Source: Zootoca vivipara (Eukaryota). Taken from it: a stretch of 64,000 bases of DNA. The notes under the pieces were generated by a model. It did not search any database. It was given only the letters and a program-made list of their open reading frames with translations, and was not told the DNA's origin. The stretch spans positions 38,750,001-38,814,000 of the forward strand of contig NC_083282.1 in NCBI RefSeq assembly GCF_963506605.1, in the 5' to 3' direction. Shown here in pieces: positions 49,801-64,000 of the stretch; position 1 is the first letter of the stretch; every line of letters starts with the position of its first letter. Made by a program: the position numbers and the translations under genes.

Positions 49801-51030
49801 CACAGATTGATCAACAGGACTTATTGCTGCAATCTCTTGCATACCTTTCCTGGAGGAAAGCCCCAGGGAAACAGTGGTACTTCCTTCCGAGTAAGCCTGC
49901 ATAGGATTGTCCTAGTAGACTAAAGGTAAAGGTAAAGGGACCCCTGACCATTAGGTCCAGTCGTGACCGACTCTGGGGTTGCGCGCTCATCTGGCCGAGG
50001 GAGCCGGCGTATAGCTTCCAGGTCATGTGGCCAGCATGACAAAGCTGCTTCTGGCAAACCAGAGCAGCACATGGAAACGCCGTTTAGCTTCCCGCCATAG
50101 CGGTTCCTATTTATCTACTTGCATTTTGATGTGCTTTCGAACTGCTAGGTTGGCAGGAGCTGGGACCAAGCAACGGGAGCTCACCCCGTCACAGGGATTC
50201 GAACCGCCGACCTTCTGATCAGCAAGCCCCCTAGTAGACTATTCCATGTTTAAAATTTAGGGGTGATTTTCTCATAATTGGCCTATTATACACCTCCACT
50301 ATGGGACCCGGGTGGCGCTGTGGGTTAAACCACTGAGCCTAGGGCAGTTCGAAAGCATGTCAAAATGCAAGTAGATAAATAGGAACCGCTACAGCGGGAA
50401 GGTAAACGGCGTTTCCATGTGCTGCTCTGGTTTGCCAGAAGCGGCTTTGTCATGCTGCCCACATGACCTGGAAGCTATACGCCGGCTCCCTCGGCCAATA
50501 ATGTGAGATGAGCGCGCAGCCCCAGAGTCGGTCACGACTGGACCTAATGGTCAGGGGTCCCTTTACCTTTACCCTTATACACCTCCACTAATTGAACTGT
50601 TTTCGACATCAATAATTGACAAATAATAAGGACCACTGATTCAGTTCCAAAGAGAGTTAATATGTATGTACTGTGCTGCACTCTGCTTTAGTCACTAATT
50701 TATTTGCAGCCAGATATTTTGCCCATCTTCTGCTTATCCCCTTCATTTATCTAATTGGGTTTGCTAAACTTAACATCAACACATCCAGTTTCATGTCATT
50801 TATCAACTGTATTTCTGAATCAAGAAAAGCCAAAATGCTGCCTTTTTATTACTTAAATCATCAGGTTAATTGCCCTTCCCATCTTATTTCTGCAAATGTT
50901 TCCTGTAATAAAGCTTGCTTAATCAATATGAATGATGTCAAGCACTGGCACACTTTGTTATTTTATTTAACCATCATCCTAATTCAAAGCATATAGATTG
51001 CACACGATGTACTTACGTCCCAGCAGACAT
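22172..51030 (-). CDS. LSS: Lanosterol-synthase-like 2,3-oxidosqualene cyclase (divergent LSS paralog), complete 22 coding exons, 748 aa
   Basis: All 22 exons located by hand. The spliced frame is 2247 nt with no internal stop. Exon boundaries follow the human LSS protein, with length changes only in exon 2 (+1 codon), exon 12 (-1 codon) and exon 22 (extended). QW repeats ([30 protein letters not shown]) and DCTAE are present. The symbol denotes the family; orthology to canonical LSS is doubtful. Confidence 0.93.
23206..23284 (-). CDS. LSS: LSS-like exon 21 ([10 protein letters not shown]...GEWPQ)
   Basis: ttgcag|A...CAG|gtgtg; 79 nt. Confidence 0.92.
23442..24005. repeat. ~215-bp direct duplication (23442-23654 and 23786-24005) in LSS-like intron 20
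   Basis: gttcccaggattctctagggaaagtcatgtg...gggcagatcagccc occurs twice. Confidence 0.9.
24149..24319 (-). CDS. LSS: LSS-like exon 20 (EACKEV...[13 protein letters not shown]...LMAVR)
   Basis: ttctag|G...AG|gtaag; 171 nt. Confidence 0.93.
24658..24738 (-). CDS. LSS: LSS-like exon 19 ([26 protein letters not shown])
   Basis: gacag|G...GG|gtgagt; 81 nt. Confidence 0.93.
25808..25855. repeat. (CA)n microsatellite
   Basis: Direct reading. Confidence 0.95.
25971..26106. mobile_element. hAT MITE
   Basis: TIRs; imperfect TSD aaacagac/aaatagac. Confidence 0.8.
26819..26884 (-). CDS. LSS: LSS-like exon 18 ([22 protein letters not shown])
   Basis: cccag|T...GG|gtgagt; 66 nt. Confidence 0.92.
27568..27704. 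mobile_element. hAT MITE
   Basis: TIRs; TSD ctatagaa. Confidence 0.85.
27779..27884 (-). CDS. LSS: LSS-like exon 17 ([14 protein letters not shown]...EDEI)
   Basis: tttcag|CT...AG|gtaaa; 106 nt. Confidence 0.92.
28838..28974. mobile_element. hAT MITE
   Basis: Same ~136-bp family, TIRs. Confidence 0.8.
29912..30008 (-). CDS. LSS: LSS-like exon 16 ([15 protein letters not shown]...NCTELY)
   Basis: ttgcag|ATT...G|gtaag; 97 nt. Confidence 0.92.
30984..31133 (-). CDS. LSS: LSS-like exon 15 with catalytic motif ([22 protein letters not shown]...DAVNV)
   Basis: accag|GGT...GTG|gtgag; 150 nt; DCTAE at 31074-31088. Confidence 0.95.
31390..31440 (-). CDS. LSS: LSS-like exon 14 ([17 protein letters not shown])
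   Basis: ttttcag|GTT...AAG|gtac; 51 nt. Confidence 0.92.
32252..32387. mobile_element. hAT MITE
   Basis: TIRs; TSD atctaggt. Confidence 0.85.
32563..32634 (-). CDS. LSS: LSS-like exon 13 (AGVQNNPDY...LKASQ)
   Basis: ttctag|GCT...CAG|gtaaa; 72 nt. Confidence 0.92.
32990..33043 (-). CDS. LSS: LSS-like exon 12 ([18 protein letters not shown])
   Basis: tatatcag|TTC...GAG|gtacc; 54 nt, one codon shorter than human GTNGSQIWDTAFAIQALLE. Confidence 0.9.
33632..33659 (-). CDS. LSS: LSS-like exon 11 (MGQDGMLIK)
   Basis: ctgcag|G...AAG|gtac; 28 nt. Confidence 0.88.
34212..34309 (-). CDS. LSS: LSS-like exon 10 ([10 protein letters not shown]...YDYLW)
   Basis: ctgtag|ATT...TG|gtaag; 98 nt. Confidence 0.92.
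34592..34710 (-). CDS. LSS: LSS-like exon 9 (TLNLYE...[13 protein letters not shown])
   Basis: ctgcag|CT...CCG|gtagg; 119 nt. Confidence 0.92.
36725..36833 (-). CDS. LSS: LSS-like exon 8 ([12 protein letters not shown]...AAY)
   Basis: cctag|GAG...G|gtgagt; 109 nt. Confidence 0.92.
37731..37866 (-). CDS. LSS: LSS-like exon 7 ([26 protein letters not shown]...SLRQ)
   Basis: aaacag|G...CAG|gcaagg (GC donor); 136 nt. Confidence 0.9.
38643..38739 (-). CDS. LSS: LSS-like exon 6 ([13 protein letters not shown]...FPELW)
   Basis: ttccag|GT...TG|gtatg; 97 nt. Confidence 0.92.
39380..41829 (+). mobile_element. Degenerate L1 LINE ORF2 (RT to CCHC and 3' UTR) in LSS-like intron 5
   Basis: [33 protein letters not shown] and CWRC..H motifs with stops and frameshifts. 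Confidence 0.9.
41186..41343. mobile_element. Tc1/mariner-pogo-type MITE nested in the L1
   Basis: TIR CCGTGTTTCCCCGAAAATAAG/CTTATTTTTGGAGAAACACGG, TA flanks. Confidence 0.8.
41830..41960. other. Assembly gap
   Basis: N run. Confidence 1.
42402..44310 (-). mobile_element. Non-autonomous Helitron with internal minisatellites
   Basis: Minus strand starts A|TCTATATATATAAAA and ends CAGCTAG|T with a short subterminal hairpin; inserted between A and T, no TSD. Confidence 0.75.
43400..43915. repeat. ~160-bp unit tandem repeat (about 3 copies) inside the Helitron
   Basis: gtaaagtaaaaccccttgcagtgtaggggcctacataaatcaaagg...ctccacttggcaatgttggttctttggtgggg repeated. Confidence 0.9.
44388..44596. mobile_element. 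Tigger/pogo-like MITE
   Basis: TA|CAGTGGTACCT...AGGTAACACTG|TA. Confidence 0.75.
44687..44818. other. Assembly gap
   Basis: N run. Confidence 1.
44921..45042 (-). CDS. LSS: LSS-like exon 5 ([11 protein letters not shown]...LHKK)
   Basis: ggtag|C...AAAG|gtaag; 122 nt. Confidence 0.92.
45869..45977 (-). CDS. LSS: LSS-like exon 4 (FLMSCYAAK...QQLPDGGWS)
   Basis: aaacag|GT...TT|gtgagt; 109 nt. Confidence 0.92.
46134..46752 (+). mobile_element. Non-LTR retrotransposon 3' fragment (RTE-X-like)
   Basis: [25 protein letters not shown]; AATAAA then (TTGA)n tail; 13-bp TSD acaagatttaatt. Confidence 0.75.
48211..48349 (-). CDS. LSS: LSS-like exon 3 ([10 protein letters not shown]...[20 protein letters not shown])
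   Basis: ttttacag|AGT...CCAG|gtac; 139 nt. Confidence 0.92.
48989..49157 (-). CDS. LSS: LSS-like exon 2 (CLRRRKG...YTLGLDI)
   Basis: ggtag|ATGT...ATT|gtaagt; TDLTRWR and GRHKW motifs. Confidence 0.92.
49921..50230 (-). mobile_element. Sauria SINE
   Basis: (AAAGGT)n tail; TSD cctagtagacta. Confidence 0.85.
50303..50575 (+). mobile_element. Sauria SINE
   Basis: Head GGGACCCGGGTGGCGCTGTGGGTTAAACC; TSD ttatacacctccacta. Confidence 0.85.
51017..51030 (-). CDS. LSS: LSS-like exon 1 (MSAGT)
   Basis: gaagATGTCTGCTGGGAC|gtaagt; 14 nt, matching human MTEGT. Confidence 0.8.
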
Positions 51031-52251
51031 CTTCTTGGGTTGATGAAACTGCCTCAGATTGTTCTGGTTATATTTTAGATGTTGCCAGACAGGCACAAAG
51101 GACACTGAATAGGACGCTGAACTCTTGTACTCTGGGCTAGAGTTCCTGCCTCTGAAGGTCCACAATTCCTAAAAACATGCAGGCTCACATCCAGTAAAAT
51201 ACTTGAAGGCTACCGTATTTAAAGACTGACCTAACCAATCACAGCAAGAATAACTTTACAGGGTGGGATCAGGAGTGTTAATGTAATCAATGAAAGGCAA
51301 ACCCACAATAACAAATGTATGGCAGGGCTATCCTTGATGCATTCCACAGACTGGTTCTGAAGATAAAAATCTATCATGAGTAAAGTAACTTACTGTATAT
51401 ATATATTTCGAAACCTGGTTGAGAGTGCAAGGGAAGGAGGAGCAAAAGAACTGGAACCTGTGGCAACCAGTGAGAGAGGGAACACAGGACATAGATTTAA
51501 ACCAACAACCTCTGGAATATGAGATTTGGGAACAGGTTCTCCTAGTGAGAGGGGGAGAGCCTGCCCCAATCAGAGACTATGATGCTTGGGCAAAAGAACA
51601 AGAAGGGGTATAGAGAGGTGCTTTCCTAGTGGGAGTAGGAGAGCACAATCCATACGGTGCGCAAGTTGTGGGATTGGAAACTGTAAAAAATGAAAACTAG
51701 CATGGGGAATGTGCTAAAGAATATACACAACAGAAACAGAATGGGAGGGTGGGAAAACAGCAGGGATGGGAGTGGACGAAAGTTGGTATAGGATGAAAGA
51801 CTTAGGGATTTTGTAATTGATGGATGGATTAAAAAGGTCTGAACTGGATTGTTTTAAGGGACTGGTCGGGACTCCTAGGGAAACGTTTTCCGGGGAAGGG
51901 GGGGGACCTAGAGGGGTTTGTCATTTGATTTCAGATTTCTGAATCACTATTTCCCCTGCACACATGCACACTTTTATTCAATTTTGATGCAAATAAGCAC
52001 TGATTTAGGTGTAGTCCTGTCCATTTCTGTATACTCTATACTGACTAAATAATCTGGGCTTGTCTTTGGCTTTTATTTCGTTGTAACCACTGTAGCACAG
52101 GGAATTCATAAAAGAGTTTTTTATACCGTGTTGTTCTGAATGTATCATGGCCAAAACAGAAACCAAAGAGATGCCAAAGATGGGTGTATTGCCAGATTGC
52201 TTCCGCAAAGAGATTATATGTTTCTATAGCTGGCTAAACGTTTGACTATTC

Positions 52252-52252
<1 letters not shown>

Positions 52253-52297
<45 letters not shown>
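52253..52297. repeat. (AAT)n microsatellite
   Basis: Direct reading. Confidence 0.95.
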
Positions 52298-52960
52298 TGT
52301 CCAGTAGCACCTTACAGACCAACTAAGTTTGTTCTGGTATAAGCTTTTGTGTGCATGCACACTTCTTCAGATAATGATTGACTATTGTCACTCATGTGAA
52401 TCTGCTGTTTCAATTTATTGATTTCTTAATTTTCCCATTTTCTTCACATGCCATTCCGCTGCAAATGTTCACTTGAGGATTATTATTCTTACATTCTTCA
52501 TGGAAGAATGGGGCTGCATGCTCCTTATGATGTGGATACAGCCCTAGTCTTCTATGTAGAGTTGACTCTGTGGAATAATCCTCAAGTGAACATTTGAAGC
52601 ACATTTCCCTCTCCCAAAGAATCTTGGGAGATGTCGTTTGTTAAGTGTTCCTAGGATTCTTTGGGAAGGATGCTCTGAGTGTGTGGTGCGTATGTAGCTG
52701 AGGTGGAAAAGACAAAGGGAATCCAAATTCATAACTCATTTGTCCTCACCCTAACCTAGTGGTGTGGTTTTAACTGAGAAGCACCGTCTGGCCAAAGTTG
52801 TCCATGCAACTCAGGGTGAATCTGCACTTGAACATGGGTCTCCCATGTTGACACCCAACACTGTGTTCCTACTACAGTGGTGCCTCGACTTACGAATTCA
52901 ATCCGTTCTGAAGGCACCTTTGTAGGTCTAAAAATTCGTAAAATTCGTAAGTTGAAAAGC

Positions 52961-53785
52961 TGGCTCCGTCTAAATACTGGCTCTGTCTAAATCTAAATCC
53001 ACCTGGGCTATTGCCTCTAGTCACACAGGATGTACACAAAGGTGCATGGGCAAAGGCTGTGCACCAAAAACTCCTCACATGTGTCCTGCAAGCACAGCAT
53101 TTACTCATAATGGGCCCATCCAAGGCAAACAGCCTCATATACCAGCGCCTGAAGAACATTGAACAACAAAACAATATGGCCATTATTAAGAAATTTAGCG
53201 CATGGTATATCCGTCTTCCACCTTCCTACATGGACTTCCGGTCACTATACCTGTCCAACCTAACCATCCCAAAATACAGACGAGCCTTCACGCTGGCCAG
53301 ACTGGACATGCTACCCTCCGCTGTCCTTGAAGGTCGATTCTCAAAAACACCATACCAGAATCGACTATGTCCCTGTGGAGTTGGCAGCGTGGAGACAGTA
53401 TCACATGTACTCCTGTCCTGTCCCCTATATAAAGACCTCAGGGATGAGATCATCACACCGCTGATATCCACCATTTCGGGCCGCCCATCCGAGGATATAC
53501 TGTTTTTCCTCCTGGCAGACCAGACTGCCCAGACAACAGAGAAGGTAGCCAGATTTACTGAGAGGGCCATGAGACTGAGGGCCGCCAGCTGAAGGACAAT
53601 AGCGCCTCCTGTGTGAACATATAATTAAGATCTCATCTGTTTCATTTTAATTGTGTTATGCTGAATCCCGAGACAGCACATTTTATTGTTATATATAGCA
53701 TTTTTCTTTTTTCTTTCCTTTTTACCAGGTTATGTAATATGAATCCTTTGTTGCAATGGCCTGTAGGCCACGCAAATAAATAAAG

Positions 53786-53822
<37 letters not shown>
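52961..53822 (+). mobile_element. Non-LTR retrotransposon 3' fragment (RTE-X-like), 193-aa open frame
   Basis: RRAFTLAR..EGRF..RLCPCG..ETVSHVLLSCPLY CCHC knuckle; 3' hairpin tggcctgtaggcca, AATAAA, (TTAC)n tail. Confidence 0.8.
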
Positions 53823-53923
53823 ACCAAGAAGCACCGTCTGGCCAAATTCGTCCATGCAACTCAGGGTGAATCTGCACTTGAACATGGGTCTCCCATGTTG
53901 ACACCCAACACTGTGTTCCTACT

Positions 53924-54197
53924 ACAGTGGTGCCTCGACTTACGAATTCAATCCATTCCGAAGGCACCATTGTAGGTCGAAAAATTCGTAAGCTGAAAAG
54001 CCCCATTGGAAACGCGATTTCCCATAGGAATGCATTGGAAAGGAAAAAATTCATGAGTCGAAGCAACCCCATCTAAAAATTTGTACGTCGAAAAAACCCG
54101 TTCGGATGTCGAGAAATTCATAAGTGTGCTGCCATTTGCCCCACTTGTAAGTCGAAAAATTCGGTTGTCGAGTCGTTCGTAAGTTGAGGTACCACTG
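53924..54197. mobile_element. Tigger/pogo-like MITE
   Basis: TA|CAGTGGTGCCTCGACTTACGAA...TTCGTAAGTTGAGGTACCACTG|TA. Confidence 0.85.
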
Positions 54198-54705
54198 TAA
54201 TAAGAAAACTTTATCAGAATTGGTTCTACCCTGATGTACTACTGTTCAGATAAACTGAAGACTACAGATAGACAAAACACCATGTTGCATTTGCACCAGC
54301 GAAGCCAGATATCTTCTGCAATAAAATATATCTCTCCCATATTGCTCTCTATAGCCATGGCAGGCACTATACCTCTCCAACAGTTTGACTTTACCCCCAA
54401 TGGCACACTCTTCCATCATCTTTCAAGACAGGTGGATGCCTTTTGATAACTTTAATCACTGTGCTCCACTGCACAATCCTGCCTCTTCAAATCTTTACAG
54501 TAGACTTAGCCTTTGATGAATTGAATTGTCACACTCCTACCCCTTTTTGTTCATGCATGACAAACGTCTAAAAGCAAGGAAAACAAGAATTTCGTGTCCA
54601 AAGACCAGAACAGTTCTGTGAAGAATTTGGAAAGCCAGGAGTTTTGTTGTTGGTCCTCATTTATCCAAAGCTATTCGTCATTCACTTGGGACATAGTAAT
54701 TTCAT

Positions 54706-55189
54706 GTTGTTGTTTAGTCGTTTAGTCGTGTCCGACTCTTCGTGACCCCATGGACCATAGCACGCCAGGCACTCCTGTCTTGCACTGCCTCCCGTAGTTT
54801 GGTCAAACTCATGTTCGTAGCTTCGAGAACACTGTCCAACCATCTTGTCCTCTGTCGTCCCCTTCTCCTAGTGCCCTCAATCTTTCCCAACATCAGGGTC
54901 TTTTCCAAGGATTCTTCTCTTCTCATGAGGTGGCCAAAGTATTGGAGCCTCAGCTTCACGATCTGTCCTTCCAGGGAGCACTCAGGGCTGATTTCCTTAA
55001 GAATTGATAGGTTTGATCTTCTAGCAGTCCATGGGACTCTCAAGAGTCTCCTCCAGCACCATAATTCAAAAGCATCAATTCTTCGGCGATCAGCCTTCTT
55101 TATGGTCCAGCTCTCACTTCCATACATCACTACTGGGAAAACCATAGCTTTAACTATACGGACCTTTGTCGGCAAGGTGATGTCTCTGC
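54706..55189 (-). mobile_element. BovB (RTE) LINE, 5'-truncated
   Basis: Intact 153-aa C-terminal frame; 12-bp TSD tagtaatttcat (54694-54705 and 55190-55201). Confidence 0.92.
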
Positions 55190-56061
55190 TAGTAATTTCA
55201 TACTATGTTATATAAGGCGGGATTTATTAGGAATATACATGCCTATTGCTCATTGGTTCATACTCCAAATCTTCAGGGGCTATTAATTACAGTATGTCAG
55301 TAATTACATTAATTATGCCACAGACATTATTTCAAAATATCTTGCTATACTCATAAATAACATATTATATATATAACATATTATACTACATATATAACGT
55401 AGTAACAAACAAAAAATACCCCAACAGACACCACAGTTTAAAAACCATTGTTTGCTTAAGTACCCAAAGGTTAACCAGCGCAAATTAACCTGAGCCTTGC
55501 CTTTGGGAAGGGGAATGACTGGTGAAGGGAGAAGCAATCAGGAAGAGAGATACCCATGGCACACTTTCAAAATTCAAAAGTGATTACGAGCCCAAAAATG
55601 TTGGCAACCCTTGATGTAAAATGAAGCTCATTGGTACAAAAACAACAATAGCCCTAATGACTGCACATAACTGAATTTGCCACAATTACCTTGGGATAGT
55701 CTGAAAATGCCCACTCAGTGAAGGTCAATTTTTCTACCCTCCACTCCCTTTCCCCACCCCCATGTTGTTGCCCTGAGGAAACCACCCAGTGCTTAAGGGA
55801 GGAAGAAGCAGAAGGAACTAGTAAAATTTCCCTATATTACCAAAACTCTACCCTACCGCTACCAGGCTTCCTCAACTTGAAAAAAAAAAACCTCACTGCT
55901 ATTATGCCTGATCAGATAACGAAAGAACAAACCTGAAATTTATGGCTGATAAGGTTTTGAAAAATGTATACTGTATTGTGCAAGTAACAGTGAAGCAAGC
56001 TTTGGAGAAGAATCACCACCGTGAAGAACAGTGACAGACTTCAGTAGGAAAAGGTTTAGAA

Positions 56062-56920
56062 CAGGGGTCAACAAACTTTTTCAGCAGGGGGCCGGTCCAC
56101 TGCCCCTCACACCTTGGGGGGGGGGGGGCGGACTTTATTTTGGGAAAAAAATATGAACGGATTCCTATGCCCCACAAATAACCCAGAGATGCATTTTAAA
56201 TAAAAGGACACATTCTACTCAAGGCCGGTGCTAGGGTTTTTGGCACCCTAGGCAAGGTCACCTTCTGGTGCCCCCCCCCCACAGTTTGAATGGCAGGAGG
56301 GATGAAAAGGGGCACAGAGCCCATGTTGCTGGCCTGGGCAGCAGACGCTGTCTCCGTGCCACTGCCAGCGCCGCTTCCTTCCTGCTCTCGACCGCTTCTG
56401 GCCGCTTCCTCCCGCTCGGCCCAGGGGTGCTCCTGCAGCCAATCAGAAGCTGCGGGCGCCTCTGGGCCGAGCAGGAGGAAGCGGCCGGAAACGGCCGAGA
56501 GCAGGAAAGAAGTGGCGCCGGCAGTGCCACGGAGACAGTGTCCGCCGCCCAGGCCAACCTCCAGAAGGCGCGCAGAGCGGCGGCGGCCTCAGAGGAGGAT
56601 CGCCTCCCGCATCCTCCTCCCTACACTGCCCCTGTTCGCCAGGTGCCCTGGCGCCCCCCAGCCCGAACCGAGGGACGGCCCTGCAGGCAGTGGCGGGCGA
56701 TGGCGGGCAGCAGGCTGGCCAGCGCAGTGCCCCTCAATTTCGGCGCTCTAGGCAGTGGCCTAGTTTGCCTTTATTAGCGCGCCGGCCCTGATTCCACTCA
56801 TGTAAAAACATGCTGATTCCCAGACTGTCCACGGGCAGAAGGCGATTGGACCGCATCCGGCCCCCGGGCAGAAGGCGATTGGACCGCATCCGGCCCCCGG
56901 GCCTTAGTTTGGGGACTCTG
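56062..56920. mobile_element. hAT MITE (TSD gtttagaa) interrupted by a GC-rich hAT element (56220-56790, TSD attctact/attccact)
   Basis: Both elements have CAGGG-type TIRs and 8-bp TSDs; the outer family also occurs at ~17070 and ~60860. Confidence 0.8.
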
Positions 56921-57418
56921 GTTTAGAACCAGAAAGTTGTTGACAACAGAGAGACAAGCATCAAGCCAACTGAAAGTATCAAATGGAGCTACTGAAAGAG
57001 CAAGATTTTTTACTTTGGTACAGAACCATATAAAAGGATTGCCTGTCCTTTAGTTATATGGATCCCAGATCATGTAAAGCATTAAAGTTCACAGATAGTA
57101 CCTAAACGGGCCCCAAAGCACAGTGATAGTCAGTGCAACAGATGCAAAGAAGCTATATTTGCATTTTCCCATCCGTAAAAAGGCACACAGCTGCCTTCTA
57201 CACCAAGTGTTGCTTCAGAGGTTTCCGTAAGGGCAGATGCACACAGACCACCTGGCATTACCCAAGCCTAGAAGTTACAAAAGCACGAGTAAGTGTAGCA
57301 CAGCAACAACATTCAAAAAAGGTAGAGACCATCCTCAGTTCTTACCTTCCTTTCCTTTTGTGTGATGTCTTTTATCCAGACAGGGGCTGCCCTAACGGCT
57401 GATCTTTGAAAGTCATTC

Positions 57419-63067
<5,649 letters not shown>

Positions 63068-64000
63068 CTGAAGGCATAATATATCCAATCTTTGTTTTGC
63101 TAGAATATGGTAACCTTGGTTCCTTTTCCGTTTTGAGTTCAGTCCATTCGAGTTCCATGACAGAATCCTCAACGACATCTTAAATTGCAGCAGCTGCGCC
63201 TTCTCCTAAGTAAGAATCGGAGTCTAGCTCGATTGGGGCGTTTAGTTGTCCTGGAGTTGAAGTTAGCAGTCCTGGTCGTAGTAGCTCTCTCTCGTATTTC
63301 TGGAGGAATTCCTTCTTCTGCTCCACTGACTTGATTTTAAACTTCTTCTGTTGGAATTGGAAATTTAAGCCTTCCAGGAAATCCCACTTGTGATTCATTC
63401 CTTTCCGTTTCAAGATGGTTACCAGGTCAGAATATTGGGATCTCAGGTCCAGAAAGAATTTTGGCAAATCTTTAAAAAGGATGATCCGTGTTCCTTGAAC
63501 CTTCAAGGTCTTCTCGTAATGTAGACTCAGGATTCTATCTCTTTGTTCTTTGGTTTGGAATGATATCATACAATCACTAACAAAATTTTTGTCTTTCTTT
63601 GGTCTTGCTCCAAACCTGAATGCTTTGATGATCTGTGATTCCAATTTTTCCTTCGATAGTTCCCAAGCTTTCACATGTCACAAGAGCCCATTGAAGAATT
63701 TTGCAAAATAAGAAATTGGGTCAAGAATTCATCTCTTCAGATGAAGTTAAGAAGTGAGGAGTGGTGCTCTATGCTAAAGAGAAATTAAGTCCCAAATTAA
63801 TATTTAAAGATGAAAAGGGAAGATATGTTGCAGTTGAAATAACATCGCAAGGCGAAAAAATCTTAATTCTGGGAATTTATGCACCAAATGAAGGAAAATC
63901 TGACTTTTTAAAAAAGTTACATGAAAAACTCTTGGACTATTTGGATTACAAACTATGCTTGTTGGGAGACTTGAATGGAGTGGTCTCTACATTAATGGAT
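63068..64000. mobile_element. L1 LINE with 5' inversion: ORF1 C-terminus and ORF2 start on - (63674-63068), ORF2 endonuclease continuing on + (63673-64000, runs off the window)
   Basis: Minus: ORF1 ...IILFKDLP...AAAI* then MSLRILSWNSNGLNSKRKR...DILCLQ. Plus: HVTRAH*...GVVLY...GRYV...GIYAPN...LGDLN. Confidence 0.88.

Noticed and set aside
22172-51030. LSS-like gene as a pseudogene
   Set aside because: No stops or frameshifts in 22 exons, splice sites valid, DCTAE and QW repeats retained. Expression is still unverified.
22172-51030. Horizontal transfer of a plant triterpene synthase
   Set aside because: Exon boundaries and overall sequence follow vertebrate LSS. The plant-like motifs are local and better explained by convergence or chance.
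56248-56777. Overlapping GC-rich ORFs or a CpG-island first exon
   Set aside because: They lie wholly inside a TIR/TSD-bounded hAT element, and the open frames reflect GC content.

Overview
Vertebrate genomic DNA from a squamate, most likely a lacertid lizard, judged from Sauria SINEs, BovB/RTE fragments and many hAT MITEs. Two complete multi-exon genes lie tail-to-tail. TTC22 is on + (7 coding exons, 8299-20842, 565 aa). An intact 22-exon lanosterol-synthase-like oxidosqualene cyclase (OSC) is on - (51030-22172, 748 aa by my manual splicing). The OSC keeps the LSS exon structure and catalytic core (DCTAE, H232, W387, F444, Y503, C533, W581, F696; human numbering, recalled from memory). Its product-determining positions are heavily remodelled: Y98C, W192L, C233A/Y237T/I524C, ISIGP->TNSSP, a one-codon deletion in the G380-T381-N382 loop, and N697Y with an LHY motif. 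Several of these resemble signatures of plant non-sterol (dammarenyl-type) triterpene synthases. It sits at the TTC22 locus rather than the human LSS locus. From 57419 a recent duplicate of TTC22 intron 1 to intron 6 begins (exon 1 absent, exons 2-4 deleted), which suggests a ~48 kb tandem unit that may amplify the OSC. Best candidate for a new system: a lizard-specific, possibly multicopy, neofunctionalised triterpene cyclase. The rest is transposon-rich intronic and intergenic DNA, including a 5'-inverted L1 and a Helitron, plus two assembly gaps.
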